A DNA stretch of 58,213 bases, taken from positions 1 through 58,213 of the forward strand of contig JAGVWA010000003.1 in assembly GCA_018304505.1 (NCBI GenBank), read 5' to 3'. Shown piece by piece: positions 36,923 to 46,797 of this stretch (the stretch's first letter is position 1; every line of letters starts with the position of its first letter). The DNA comes from Nanobdellati archaeon. GTDB lineage: Archaea; B1Sed10-29; JAGVWA01. The notes beneath the pieces were generated by a model. That model was given only the letters and a program-made list of their open reading frames with translations, did no database searches and was not told the origin of the DNA. Made by a program: the position numbers and the translations under genes.

Positions 36923-38113
36923 TTAATTACCCTTAGTGGTATTGCTTTTATTGCTTTTTAATCCAAGTAAATTTTCGATAGCAATCGCGATGGTTTCATA
37001 TTCATAGTTTGCCAGCTTCTTGTTTCCGACAACGAATGTCGGTGTGCCGGCGATGCCAAAATCTCTGGCTTCATCGTTGAGCCTTTCGATTTTCGCTGTG
37101 TACTTGCCTGATTCGAGGCACTGCTCAAACTCGTCTTGCGGAATGCCAACTTGCTGCGCGTACTTAATTAGGGCTTCCTTAGACAGGTCATTCTGGTTCG
37201 TGAATAGCACGTCGTGGTACGGCAGGAACTTGTCCTGCTCTGCTGCGCACTCTGCAGCTGTTGCCGCGTTTAACGAATTCTGGTGGCCGAGGATGTGGTA
37301 ATATCCGACCTTCACTTCAGGGTAAACCCCCAGGATCCGCTTCACTGTGGCTGTGGCTTGCGCGCAAAACGGGCACTCAAAGTCGCTGAACTCATACAAT
37401 GTGACGGTCGCATTTGAAACATTGAGGCCGAAGAACAGTAACTCATCGTGGCGCGGCAACTCGATGTAATCAACAGCCTCGCTCACCTGCGGATTTAGCT
37501 GGTACAATTCCTGCCTTTTCAAAAGTATGCTTCCCTTTAACGTGGCATTGAAATTCAGCTCCTGCTCGATTTGGCTTGTAAAGAAATATGCCGGCAGGAC
37601 TTTTACATTATTATCCCTGATGATGCCCTTGCCTTCTTTGGAATTTGAGTCAACGTACCTCGGCATGGTGTTGAAAAAGAACTTCTGCATGATAATGTTC
37701 TTAACCCTGTCCGCGTCGCATTCGGCGCACGCAAAGTCCGTCAAAATAAGGAAGTCTGATTGCTCAACTGACTGCACAACGTCTCCTGATATTTCGAGGT
37801 CCTGCACAATTGAGCCTGTCGAATTTGAGTTGTTGCCTAGGAGATACATGACTCCAGCTAGCGAAATTACTGCTGCTATGATAATGTACCACATGTAATC
37901 CCGGCCTGCAAGCGGTTGCTGCTGTTGTGGTTGCTGTTGCACTTGTTTCTGTTCTTGCTGTTGCGCTTGCCGCTGTGCTTCTTGTGCCTGCTGCAGGCTG
38001 TGATACTGCTGCGCTTCGCCAATCTTTGTTTCTGCCGTTTCTGATTTTGGTTTTGTTTCTTTTGTACGCTTGGCTGTCTTTCTACCTGCGCTTTTCTTAA
38101 CTTTTTTAGCCAC
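36923..38113 (-). CDS. Membrane-anchored two-domain DsbA-like protein with a Lys/Gln-rich N-terminus
   Basis: CAEC domain plus EFSDFECPFC...GIAGTPTF domain. Confidence 0.88.
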   Translation of the reverse strand: MAKKVKKSAGRKTAKRTKETKPKSETAETKIGEAQQYHSLQQAQEAQRQAQQQEQKQVQQQPQQQQPLAGRDYMWYIIIAAVISLAGVMYLLGNNSNSTGSIVQDLEISGDVVQSVEQSDFLILTDFACAECDADRVKNIIMQKFFFNTMPRYVDSNSKEGKGIIRDNNVKVLPAYFFTSQIEQELNFNATLKGSILLKRQELYQLNPQVSEAVDYIELPRHDELLFFGLNVSNATVTLYEFSDFECPFCAQATATVKRILGVYPEVKVGYYHILGHQNSLNAATAAECAAEQDKFLPYHDVLFTNQNDLSKEALIKYAQQVGIPQDEFEQCLESGKYTAKIERLNDEARDFGIAGTPTFVVGNKKLANYEYETIAIAIENLLGLKSNKSNTTKGN

Positions 38114-38203
38114 CTATATTCACCCAATGGTTGCGTTTCCTATTATGCATATTTTGTAGTATATAAAGGTTATTGTAATTACTTTATAAAGCCTGCGCGT
38201 TTT

Positions 38204-40357
38204 TTAGTAATCTGCCAAGGATTTCTGGGGGACTGATTCATTTTCAAAAATCTCGGAATCGCTGCTGAAGGCAGATACGTCCTGCCCAAGGTCTTTCTTT
38301 ATCTTGACTGCGGTTTTAGAACCAACAAGCTTTGCCAAGTCAACATATGATACCTTCATCAAGTCGGCCTGTGTTTTTAGGCCGTCATTGTAGATCCTGC
38401 GCGCCCTGATTCTGCCAATGAATTTGACTTCGGTTAACAGGAACAGCTCTTCCTTAATGCCATCATGGAGACGCTTCCTCATCTTCTGCAGCTCAGTAAC
38501 GCGGTTTTTGCTCACGATTTTTGCCAGCTCAACCGCTGAATAGGAAATCCAGTCCGCGTTTGACAGGTAGCTCCTTAAAATGCCGGGCTGCACGTTGAAT
38601 TCCTCCATAAGCTGCTGCTCTGTTTTCTCATTGATCCAAGCTTGCAGCATCAGAGACTGCCGATATTTATTTAGGAATGAGTAGTCGTCAAAGTCCCACG
38701 ATGTGATGCTGTGAAAGAATTCATCCTGGCGCTCGTACGCCTCGCTCCACAGTTGCCCCTCCTGATCGCGCTTTACGCTAAGGTACGGCCTCATTTCGAT
38801 GGTGTCATTAATCAGATACAGGTATGACATATCCGTGGCGCGCTTGTCTGATTCGAGAGCCCCGATGATCTTGTACGCACTGAACGGATCAATGTACAAA
38901 TCAGAGACCCGTATGCCAAGCTGCGTCGGAACCAGTGCGCTTGGTTGCTTTTTTACGAAGCCCCAGCTTTCTAGATCTGTGATGACCTCGTGGAGCAGCG
39001 ATTCGAGCTGCTCTATCGAGCCATATTGGGTTGCGTAGAAGGTTTTCGAGAAGAACTCCTTCAGCGATTCAAAGTCGCGCGTGAATGCAACGATGCTTGA
39101 CAGCACATGTGTCCTGAGCACTGCGGCGTTTCCAAGTTGAGAATAAACTGGCTCGATTTGCCCGTTGATGTACATGTCGGTGTACATCGCCTTTTCCGAG
39201 AGGTCCTTTGCAAGGATGATCCCTTCGCCAAAATCGTCATACTGTGGACGCCCCGCGCGACCGATTCGCTGCTTGTAATTCCGCACCTGAATCAATTCAG
39301 AACCGGCGCCTGTGTAATAGTACATCGAATTCATGACTACCCTGGTTGCGGGCAGGTTGACGCCAGCTGCCAGTGTAGGGGTTGCTGCTATCACTTTTAT
39401 GACTCCATTTCTGAAACCATCTTCTATTGCCTGCCTCTGCTTATTCACTAAACCAGAGTGATGAAACGCAATGCCCTGTTTCGCTAGGTCTGCGAGGCGC
39501 TTACATTGCTCCGTCGGTATTTCCAGCGCGTCGAGGATTTTGCTTGCAACCGCATTAGTGCGGCGCTCTTGAATCGCCACCTTGGTCAACATTGAAAGTT
39601 TTAGCGCCGCGGACTCTGCACTCCTCTTGGTATTGACGAACACGATGGCCTGCTTGTCGCCCTTCAACGTATCCTCAATAACTGCTGAGAGTGGGTCTTT
39701 CCTATCTGATTTAAGTTCATAAATTCCAGCATCGCCGTTGCTGAACTCGATTTTATTATCCAGCAGGGTGCCCTCGTGCAGCGGCACTGGTCTATAGTCA
39801 GATGATACAACCCTGGCGTTCAGCCATTTCGCGATTTCAATTGTGTTGGGAATCGTTGCGCTCAAGCCAAGGATTTGCACTTCCGGGAGAAAATGCTTAA
39901 TGCGTGAGATCATGACCTCCAAGGTCGGGCCGCGGTCGGAATCAATTTCGTGGATCTCGTCAACAATCAGCAAGCCACATTGCTTGATCCACGGCTCCTT
40001 TTTCCGCAGCATGGAATCGAGCTTTTCAAAGGTCGTGCAGACCCAGTCATACCTTCCAAGCTGCGAGTCGTGTGAGTCAAAGTCACCAATGCTGAGCGCG
40101 GTGCTTTCATGGCTGCTCTTGAAATTGTTGTACTGTTCGGTTGCCAGTGCCCTCAGTGGGCAGGTGTATATTACCTTCTTGCCCTGCCTAATGGTGTTCA
40201 GGGCTGCGATTTCAGCAATGAGGGTCTTGCCCGATCCTGTTGGAGAACTCACGACAATGTTGGCTCCATCAAGAAGCCCCTGCGACAATGCCTCCTCCTG
40301 CACCGGGTTCAGCTTGCCAAGACCCTTGCCCTTGAGATACTCGGACACGTGCTTCAT
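38204..40357 (-). CDS. hel308: Ski2-like helicase Hel308/Hjm
   Basis: SPTGSGKT, DEIH, LSATI, RPVPL, AFHHSGL, TPTLAAGVNLP, GRAGRP, HhH GRIRAR. Confidence 0.95.
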   Translation of the reverse strand: MKHVSEYLKGKGLGKLNPVQEEALSQGLLDGANIVVSSPTGSGKTLIAEIAALNTIRQGKKVIYTCPLRALATEQYNNFKSSHESTALSIGDFDSHDSQLGRYDWVCTTFEKLDSMLRKKEPWIKQCGLLIVDEIHEIDSDRGPTLEVMISRIKHFLPEVQILGLSATIPNTIEIAKWLNARVVSSDYRPVPLHEGTLLDNKIEFSNGDAGIYELKSDRKDPLSAVIEDTLKGDKQAIVFVNTKRSAESAALKLSMLTKVAIQERRTNAVASKILDALEIPTEQCKRLADLAKQGIAFHHSGLVNKQRQAIEDGFRNGVIKVIAATPTLAAGVNLPATRVVMNSMYYYTGAGSELIQVRNYKQRIGRAGRPQYDDFGEGIILAKDLSEKAMYTDMYINGQIEPVYSQLGNAAVLRTHVLSSIVAFTRDFESLKEFFSKTFYATQYGSIEQLESLLHEVITDLESWGFVKKQPSALVPTQLGIRVSDLYIDPFSAYKIIGALESDKRATDMSYLYLINDTIEMRPYLSVKRDQEGQLWSEAYERQDEFFHSITSWDFDDYSFLNKYRQSLMLQAWINEKTEQQLMEEFNVQPGILRSYLSNADWISYSAVELAKIVSKNRVTELQKMRKRLHDGIKEELFLLTEVKFIGRIRARRIYNDGLKTQADLMKVSYVDLAKLVGSKTAVKIKKDLGQDVSAFSSDSEIFENESVPQKSLADY

Positions 40358-40421
40358 TGCACAATTTCTGTGCTTTGGTGTACTTAAAGCTATTTAAACC
40401 AGAAGTAACCCAGTTAAGTTT

Positions 40422-41531
40422 ATGCAGGAAATGAAATTCAAAGCGGCTATCGATTTCTTGAAAAGCCTTGGCGAGAATGACACGATTGTCAACGCAATGG
40501 ACAGCGACGCCGATGGCGTAAGCGCAGGCACGCTGATTTCGCTGTACCTCGACGAGAAAAGCGTGCCGCACATAAATCATTTTCTCGGAGCCATCAGAAG
40601 GGGATACGACTGGCAGATTAAAAACGCTGTCGGGGCTGAGAATGCACCCCAAAATGTAACGCACATCATCGTGTCAGATGCAACGCTGGACAAGGGCACA
40701 TATGACTGGCTGGCTGAAAAGCACATTAAGATACTGACGATAGACCATCACGTGAGCAAGGCAGATCCAGCTACTGAGGGCAGCGTTTACGTGAACTTTC
40801 CCAAAAACCACAATGAAGGCATAACGACACCGTCTAGTTCTGCACTAGCATACTACCTCACGAGCAATGCGGGCTTAACCGGAAATGCCAAGTGGGTCGG
40901 CCTTATCGGCGCCTATTCAGACCTATGCCTTGAGGCGTCATTGAAATACTTAAACATGGATAAAGACGAAGAGGACTCATACTTGCCGAACAAGCAGCTT
41001 GCCTTCCCGATAGCGGAAATCGAGAGCATGATGTCGACAACGTACGTTGACCCAAATGTTTCTGAAACATTTCTCGGGATTCTGAAAGACTCTGTAAAGC
41101 AAAACAACCCGTTCCTCCTGGTGCTGGAAAAGGAAGGCCGTGCGAAGAAAATTTTCGAAACAGAGGCGGCTGCGACAGGGGAGCTGCGCGGGTGGACCAA
41201 AAAAATCGTTGCCCGTAAAGACCTTGACATCAACACAGAAAAGAAATTCGTCATGTTCAAGTTCAATCCAAAATTGAACATTAAGCGGTGGCTAGTCGGG
41301 CAGCTCAGAATGCTCTACCCCGGATACACGATTTGCGTCGCGCTTGACTCAGAAAAATACTGGAGCCTGAGTTTCCGCGGCGGGCGGGATCGCGACCTCT
41401 CAGTGCTTGTGCCGAAATCGATTGAGGGAATTCCTGATTCGCGCGGCGGGGGGCACCCTAAGGCCAGCGGCGCCACAGTGCCAAAGGAATACCTTGACAA
41501 GGTGATCGAGAACTTCCTGGCCTTAATTTAA
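40422..41531 (+). CDS. DHH/DHHA1 (RecJ-like) phosphoesterase
   Basis: DSDADG, IDHH, SLSFR, GGGHPKASG. Confidence 0.88.
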   Translation: MQEMKFKAAIDFLKSLGENDTIVNAMDSDADGVSAGTLISLYLDEKSVPHINHFLGAIRRGYDWQIKNAVGAENAPQNVTHIIVSDATLDKGTYDWLAEKHIKILTIDHHVSKADPATEGSVYVNFPKNHNEGITTPSSSALAYYLTSNAGLTGNAKWVGLIGAYSDLCLEASLKYLNMDKDEEDSYLPNKQLAFPIAEIESMMSTTYVDPNVSETFLGILKDSVKQNNPFLLVLEKEGRAKKIFETEAAATGELRGWTKKIVARKDLDINTEKKFVMFKFNPKLNIKRWLVGQLRMLYPGYTICVALDSEKYWSLSFRGGRDRDLSVLVPKSIEGIPDSRGGGHPKASGATVPKEYLDKVIENFLALI

Positions 41532-41537
41532 GACACA

Positions 41538-41579
41538 TACACATCGGGCACTACACATCGAGCACTACACATCTGGCAC
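41538..41579. repeat. 14-nt tandem repeat TACACATCGGGCAC x3 (degenerate)
   Basis: Units at 41538, 41552 and 41566, just after the DHH stop. Confidence 0.85.
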
Positions 41580-41619
41580 ACGCATAACTATTTATCACAG
41601 TAAAGCCTAACTTACTCAC

Positions 41620-42174
41620 ATGGAAATCCACGAACTCAAAAACTTCTACAAACTCATGTCACCAAAACTCACGGTCCTAGTTACAACCATGGACCGATCT
41701 GGCAAGGTCGACGTTTCGCCATTCAGCTTCGTTACACCACTGAGTTTCGATCCGCCGCTACTTGGCATAAGCGTGGGGCCAAACAAGCATAGTTACTGGA
41801 GCATCACGCAGAAAAAGGAATTTGTTGTCCATGTCCCGACAGAAGAGCTGGTCGAAAAAATCGTCATCGCTGGCCAGAACTGGGACCCGGAAACCTCAAA
41901 GCTGGAACGCGCTGGGCTTGAAACAATCCCCGGAACGAAGGTCGGGCCTCCGATTTTGAAAGATTGCCCTGTCTCGATTGAGTGCTATCTCGAGGACACA
42001 AAGAAAGTCGGGGATCATGTTTTAATAATCGGAAGGGTTGTTGCTATCAACGTCAAGGATGAGGGAATGCTGGACGACGAGGGCCGCCTCAAGGTTGACC
42101 TAGTTAGGCCGCCGCTGCACGTTTCAGAAAACGTCTTTGCGTTCCCGTACGTGACAAAGAACATTGGCGAATAG
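41620..42174 (+). CDS. Flavin reductase-like (flavoredoxin) protein
   Basis: VLVTT, SPFSF, SFDPP, CPVSIEC, GDHVLIIGRV. Confidence 0.9.
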   Translation: MEIHELKNFYKLMSPKLTVLVTTMDRSGKVDVSPFSFVTPLSFDPPLLGISVGPNKHSYWSITQKKEFVVHVPTEELVEKIVIAGQNWDPETSKLERAGLETIPGTKVGPPILKDCPVSIECYLEDTKKVGDHVLIIGRVVAINVKDEGMLDDEGRLKVDLVRPPLHVSENVFAFPYVTKNIGE

Positions 42175-42185
42175 GAAGAATAATA

Positions 42186-42464
42186 ATGAGCGCTGCAAAT
42201 TACATCATCAGTTTCCTGGCCAACATGGTCTTCCTAAGCCTGGTTTTGGTTTGGCTTGAAGGAAGGTTTAGAAAAAAATACGGCTTCAGGATTGAGGACC
42301 ACCCTGCTATTGCAGCCACTTACGTGTTGCTGCTGCCGTTTTTAACTGAACTGTTCTCATGGGCCTTCAACAAAGAAGCCTTCTTCTTCAGCATGGTGCA
42401 AGCTGAACTGTTTTCGCTGAGCACTGAAGAAATATTAAATCTGGTCTCACTGATGCTGATCTGA
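42186..42464 (+). CDS. Small membrane protein
   Basis: Two to three hydrophobic segments. Confidence 0.55.
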   Translation: MSAANYIISFLANMVFLSLVLVWLEGRFRKKYGFRIEDHPAIAATYVLLLPFLTELFSWAFNKEAFFFSMVQAELFSLSTEEILNLVSLMLI

Positions 42465-43097
42465 CTTTGCACCATCGCCGTTGAGCAAAATACTGAGGGC
42501 CCGCTGCCTGATTTCGAAAAACTTCTTCTCGCTCTTGAGCTTACTGATCCTGTTTTCTATCACGTTGGCCCTGAAGTTCGCCCTGCTGTCGGCCTCTGCC
42601 TTCATCGGTTCCCTGCGCTTGCCTAGGTCGCTCGTCCTGGCCTCAATCAGCCGCTCCCTGTACTCTGCATCATGAAGAAACAACTCGATCATTCGCCTAT
42701 ACTTCTTGTCCTTGACCCTCTCAATTGGCAAATCAACAATCTCAAAGGCGTCCTTGTAGGCCTTGTCAACCATCATCTTGTACTGATGCTCCCACAGCAG
42801 CGGGTCTGTGAACGACTTGGCTTTTTCCAGAATCGGGTTAGCGACGTTGCGCCTGTGCGTGTTTTCCCAGTACTTGATCTGATCGCCGAGGTATGCCGTC
42901 CTCTTGGTTGCCTCGCCCAGCTGGGCTGAAAGGCTTTTCTCTGTCGGATACACAAGGTGCTTTGCAGACTTCCCGCCATCGAATTTAACAAGTCCGCCAG
43001 TGGCTTCGTAAACCCCAATCGCGTCCTTGAACGTCAAGTCAGCCCCGGTTGGGGGAAGTTTCTCGAGCTCCTTTGAATAGTCCTTCATCATTCCCAT
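42447..43097 (-). CDS. Hypothetical protein
   Basis: 216-aa ORF; codon style matches the core genes. Confidence 0.7.
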   Translation of the reverse strand: MGMMKDYSKELEKLPPTGADLTFKDAIGVYEATGGLVKFDGGKSAKHLVYPTEKSLSAQLGEATKRTAYLGDQIKYWENTHRRNVANPILEKAKSFTDPLLWEHQYKMMVDKAYKDAFEIVDLPIERVKDKKYRRMIELFLHDAEYRERLIEARTSDLGKRREPMKAEADSRANFRANVIENRISKLKSEKKFFEIRQRALSILLNGDGAKSDQHQ

Positions 43098-43178
43098 AAA
43101 CTAGGTAAAACAACGGGAATTAAAAAGCGTTTGTACGCAAGCATTAAAAAGCAAAACAGCCAAATGAGAAATGATCAC

Positions 43179-43517
43179 ATGATACCAGGTGGCATGAACC
43201 CAGCGCAGATCAGCAGGATGATGAAGCAGCTCGGCATAAAACAGGAAGAGGTCGACGCAACAGAGGTCATCATCAAGACTCCGCAGGGGAATATCGTAGT
43301 CCGGCAGCCCTCTGTCATGGTCATTGAAGCGCAGGGCAAGAAGACGTTTCAGGTCATGGGCAACGTTACGGAAGAATCAGCAGAAGCTGGGCCACAATTT
43401 ACTGACGACGACGTGAAGCTCGTTATGGAGAAAACCGGAAAGTCAGAAACCGAGGCACGCAACGCCCTGGAATCAACCAACGGCGACCTGACCGAAGCCA
43501 TCATGAAGCTGACTTGA
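43179..43517 (+). CDS. nac: Nascent polypeptide-associated complex protein
   Basis: GGMNPAQISRMMKQLGI, FQVMG, DDVKLVME, GDLTEAIMKL. Confidence 0.93.
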   Translation: MIPGGMNPAQISRMMKQLGIKQEEVDATEVIIKTPQGNIVVRQPSVMVIEAQGKKTFQVMGNVTEESAEAGPQFTDDDVKLVMEKTGKSETEARNALESTNGDLTEAIMKLT

Positions 43518-43564
43518 GTTCGTTGACCCTTAGCCCGGGCCCAACAGGATGAAAATGCTCATTC

Positions 43565-44998
43565 TCATTGAGAGCCGATAACCAGCGGAACAGCGCCCTC
43601 GGGTATTATTGATGCCTGCGATTCGCCCTGGAATTCGCCTTCAGCAGCCGCCGCGTCCGCGTTGTTGAGCTCATCAACTTCTGAAACAGGGATCTGCTCA
43701 AAGCCGACGATTTCCTTGTATTTCGTGAACACGCTCAACGCAACCTGTTTTTCTCCAGTGCCCTCAGAGAAATCGAATGAAAATGTGAAGATTCTGAAGC
43801 GCTCTGTCAGCGTGTAATTGACCCCCGCGACTTCCAAAACCCCCGGCAGCTTGTGGGCATACAGCTTTTCACGCGCCTCTACGTTGAAGCTGTTGTTCAA
43901 CAGGTACTCTTCGTACAACGCGAGGCCTGTGTCATTAACGGCGCCGATGGTGATTTCGAACGTACCGTTTTCAAAATAATACTCTGTACCAGAGAGTTGC
44001 TGCTCGATTTCTTCAACAGCCAGTGACTTGTTGCTGAAAGAAACAACCGTGTCATTTCCGGCTTGCGCAGCCCTGGCCTCTGTGAAATTCAGCGTGCTGG
44101 CGTTGGCGCCTGGAATTGTAACGCGGTTGTCAGGCTCCATGATCTCGATTTCAGGATGCCTCTGGATCAGCTGCAGCAGATCGCCCCTGATTTCCGAAAC
44201 TGGTTTTATTTCAATGCCGCCCGGATAGGTGCCGGAGAACTTGAACTGCGTGAAGTTCAGCACATCGATATCCAACTTCTTTGAAATCGGTTGTATGAAA
44301 ATCACATCCCCTAGCTGCAGGCCGAGGTACTGCTGCGGCTCTGTTAATGACTTGTCGATGCACTTGCCCTGTATGTTCTGCAGAATGCTGCGGTTGTCCG
44401 TAACAACAACAGGACAGACTATTGTAATGCGGGTGCCGTTTATCTTTGAGTACAACAGGGTTACTGGCAGCGTTTCTGCCTTTGTGACGATTGTCTCGTT
44501 GCCGATGGTGATGTTCTGCAGCAGCTTCACCGACCCATCACTGATTGGATAGCCAGAGGACTTGTTGAAGAACCCCAGGAGGTTGTAGGCAAGCCGAAAA
44601 CCAGACTCGGTCAAGGTCGTGTTTGGCTGCTGCGGCAGGTTTATGTTGTACGCGTAAGTGCCGCTGCGCTGGCCAAGGCTCAGCCTGACGCTGTGATTTG
44701 AATAACCAAGGCTGTCAATGATGCCCACAACCTGGGCCTGGTCGTTCGTGCTTGATTCACCAATAAAGTTTATAAATGGCTTTATGTCCAATATGTCTGC
44801 AGAAATCTCCGCATTGGTGAATGTCTTGATGTTCGACACGGGTTCTGTGGCCTCAAGTTCATTAGACCCAATATCAAGTTGCGAGGAGCCCGTGAAAAAA
44901 TAACTCATAGGCCCAAGGGTCAGCACTAGAACAAACAACGCGACAAGGACTCCGAACTTGTTGACGCCCTTGGATACGCCCTTGGATTTTTCTGCCAT
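43565..44998 (-). CDS. Membrane-anchored extracellular protein with many N-glycosylation sequons
   Basis: N-terminal TM after a basic start; numerous NxS/T. Confidence 0.7.
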   Translation of the reverse strand: MAEKSKGVSKGVNKFGVLVALFVLVLTLGPMSYFFTGSSQLDIGSNELEATEPVSNIKTFTNAEISADILDIKPFINFIGESSTNDQAQVVGIIDSLGYSNHSVRLSLGQRSGTYAYNINLPQQPNTTLTESGFRLAYNLLGFFNKSSGYPISDGSVKLLQNITIGNETIVTKAETLPVTLLYSKINGTRITIVCPVVVTDNRSILQNIQGKCIDKSLTEPQQYLGLQLGDVIFIQPISKKLDIDVLNFTQFKFSGTYPGGIEIKPVSEIRGDLLQLIQRHPEIEIMEPDNRVTIPGANASTLNFTEARAAQAGNDTVVSFSNKSLAVEEIEQQLSGTEYYFENGTFEITIGAVNDTGLALYEEYLLNNSFNVEAREKLYAHKLPGVLEVAGVNYTLTERFRIFTFSFDFSEGTGEKQVALSVFTKYKEIVGFEQIPVSEVDELNNADAAAAEGEFQGESQASIIPEGAVPLVIGSQ

Positions 44999-45024
44999 AC
45001 AACATATTCGAAACAAAGTCATAT

Positions 45025-45064
45025 TAAAAGCATACGGTGAAAACTAAAAGCATACAGTGAAATC
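45025..45064. repeat. 20-nt tandem duplication TAAAAGCATAC(G/A)GTGAAA(A/T)C
   Basis: Two adjacent copies in a divergent promoter spacer. Confidence 0.8.
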
Positions 45065-45078
45065 AACACGGTGATTCA

Positions 45079-45819
45079 ATGAGCAAGATAATACGCGTAA
45101 ACTACACAGGCACGATAAAGGGCACTGGCGAAATATTCGACACCACGTACGAGGAAGTTGCGAAGAAAAACAACATGCACTCCATGCACCGGACTTACAA
45201 GCCCATGGTAATGATCCTTGGCGAAAACCGCATCATACAAGGCCTGGAGCACGAGCTGGAAAAAATGAAGCAAGGTGACGAGAAGACCATCGAGCTAAGC
45301 AAAGCAGATGCCTATGGCGAGCGCAAACAGGACCTCATACAGCTGGTTCCGCTGCAGACCTTCAGGAAGAACAACGTCAACCCAGTACCGGGCATGGTGC
45401 TGAACCTCGACAATGGCCTGCGCGCAAAGGTGCAGTCGGTGTCGGGCGGCAGGGTTAGGCTGGACATGAACCACGAACTCGCGGGCAAGGACCTGGTGTT
45501 CGAAGTCAGAATAGAGGAAATCCCGGAAACTGACGAGCAAAAAGCGCGTGCGGTGTTTGACTTGACCTTTCCAGGCATAGACAAGTCAGATCTCAAAATC
45601 AGCATCGGCGGTGCCAAAAAACCAGCAAAGCAGCAGGTAATGACCCCAGAACAGGCTGTAAAGGCCGAGGACAAAACCAACAAGGGCACATTCATAACGA
45701 TCAGGATGCCAAAATCCGCCCTGGGCTTGAACGACTACCAGGCGCGCAAGCTGGTGCTGTCCCAAGATTTAAAGAAATACCTCGAAGCCGACTCAGTCAA
45801 GATTGAGGAAGAGTACTGA
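45079..45819 (+). CDS. Long-type archaeal FKBP peptidyl-prolyl isomerase (SlyD-like)
   Basis: YTG..GEIFDTT, IIQGLE, AYGER, DMNHELAGKDL. Confidence 0.93.
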   Translation: MSKIIRVNYTGTIKGTGEIFDTTYEEVAKKNNMHSMHRTYKPMVMILGENRIIQGLEHELEKMKQGDEKTIELSKADAYGERKQDLIQLVPLQTFRKNNVNPVPGMVLNLDNGLRAKVQSVSGGRVRLDMNHELAGKDLVFEVRIEEIPETDEQKARAVFDLTFPGIDKSDLKISIGGAKKPAKQQVMTPEQAVKAEDKTNKGTFITIRMPKSALGLNDYQARKLVLSQDLKKYLEADSVKIEEEY

Positions 45820-45846
45820 CACCGGCACATAGACTGACACCGGCAC
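45815..45846. repeat. ACTGACACCGGCAC x2 spanning the FKBP stop codon
   Basis: Copies at 45815-45828 and 45833-45846. Confidence 0.8.
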
Positions 45847-46033
45847 GCAAAACCCGCACAGGGGAAAACTTTAAATACAACAATTGGGCAAATAAGTACA
45901 GCGGCATACTAATTATGCGAACTTCTCAAAACCTGACTTAAGCAAATTAGAAAACTCAATTAGAACTCAATAAAAAACTGAGTTAAAAAAATTAAAAAAA
46001 CTAAGTTACGGAAGGCATAAGGGGATATCCAGC

Positions 46034-46681
46034 ATGACACAACCACAAGACATAAAGACAACAGACACTGGTACAACAACACTCGGCATAAAGTGCTCCG
46101 ACGGCGTCATCCTCGGCGCGGACAACAGAACCACAATGGGCAACTTCGTTGCTGGAAAGGACAAACAAAAAGTCCGCCCTATTAATGACTACATCGGCTT
46201 CACGTGGGCCGGCGCAGTAGGCGACGCGCAAATGCTTGAACGCACAATCAAGGCTAACGTTGCCCTGTACGAAACACAGAGAAACAAGCGCATCAAACTG
46301 AGGTCATTGACAACGTTTCTGGCCAACATCTTCCAGGAGCGCTCGTACTTCCCGTACTGGGTACAAACCATCATCGGCGGATACGACTCAGAACCGCGCC
46401 TAATAGACATCGACGCCATCGGCGGATACAAGGAATTCACGGACTTCACCGTGTCAGGATCAGGGTCCATGATGGCAATTGGCGTGCTCGAGGCAGAATA
46501 TACAAAAGAAAAAACCATGAAGGAAAATGAACTCCTCGCGTTGCGCGCAATTCACGCGGCCATAGAGCGCGACATATACTCTGGAAACGGCGTCGACCTG
46601 CTCTTCATCGACAAACACAAATCAGAACTCAAACACTACACCCTTGATGAAGTAAAACAAATCATAGGCGCAAAGAAATAA
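46034..46681 (+). CDS. psmB: Proteasome beta subunit
   Basis: Propeptide-TG|TTTLG, ADNR, AGAVGDAQ, GSGS, RDIYSG. Confidence 0.96.
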   Translation: MTQPQDIKTTDTGTTTLGIKCSDGVILGADNRTTMGNFVAGKDKQKVRPINDYIGFTWAGAVGDAQMLERTIKANVALYETQRNKRIKLRSLTTFLANIFQERSYFPYWVQTIIGGYDSEPRLIDIDAIGGYKEFTDFTVSGSGSMMAIGVLEAEYTKEKTMKENELLALRAIHAAIERDIYSGNGVDLLFIDKHKSELKHYTLDEVKQIIGAKK

Positions 46682-46797
46682 ATCCAATTAAAAAACGGGA
46701 TCGCGGCACAACGATCTACAAGACAACATATAACAGCATAGCAACAGTGCTATAATAATTAGAATAATGATTAGAAAACACGGAGTGTGAACAGCCA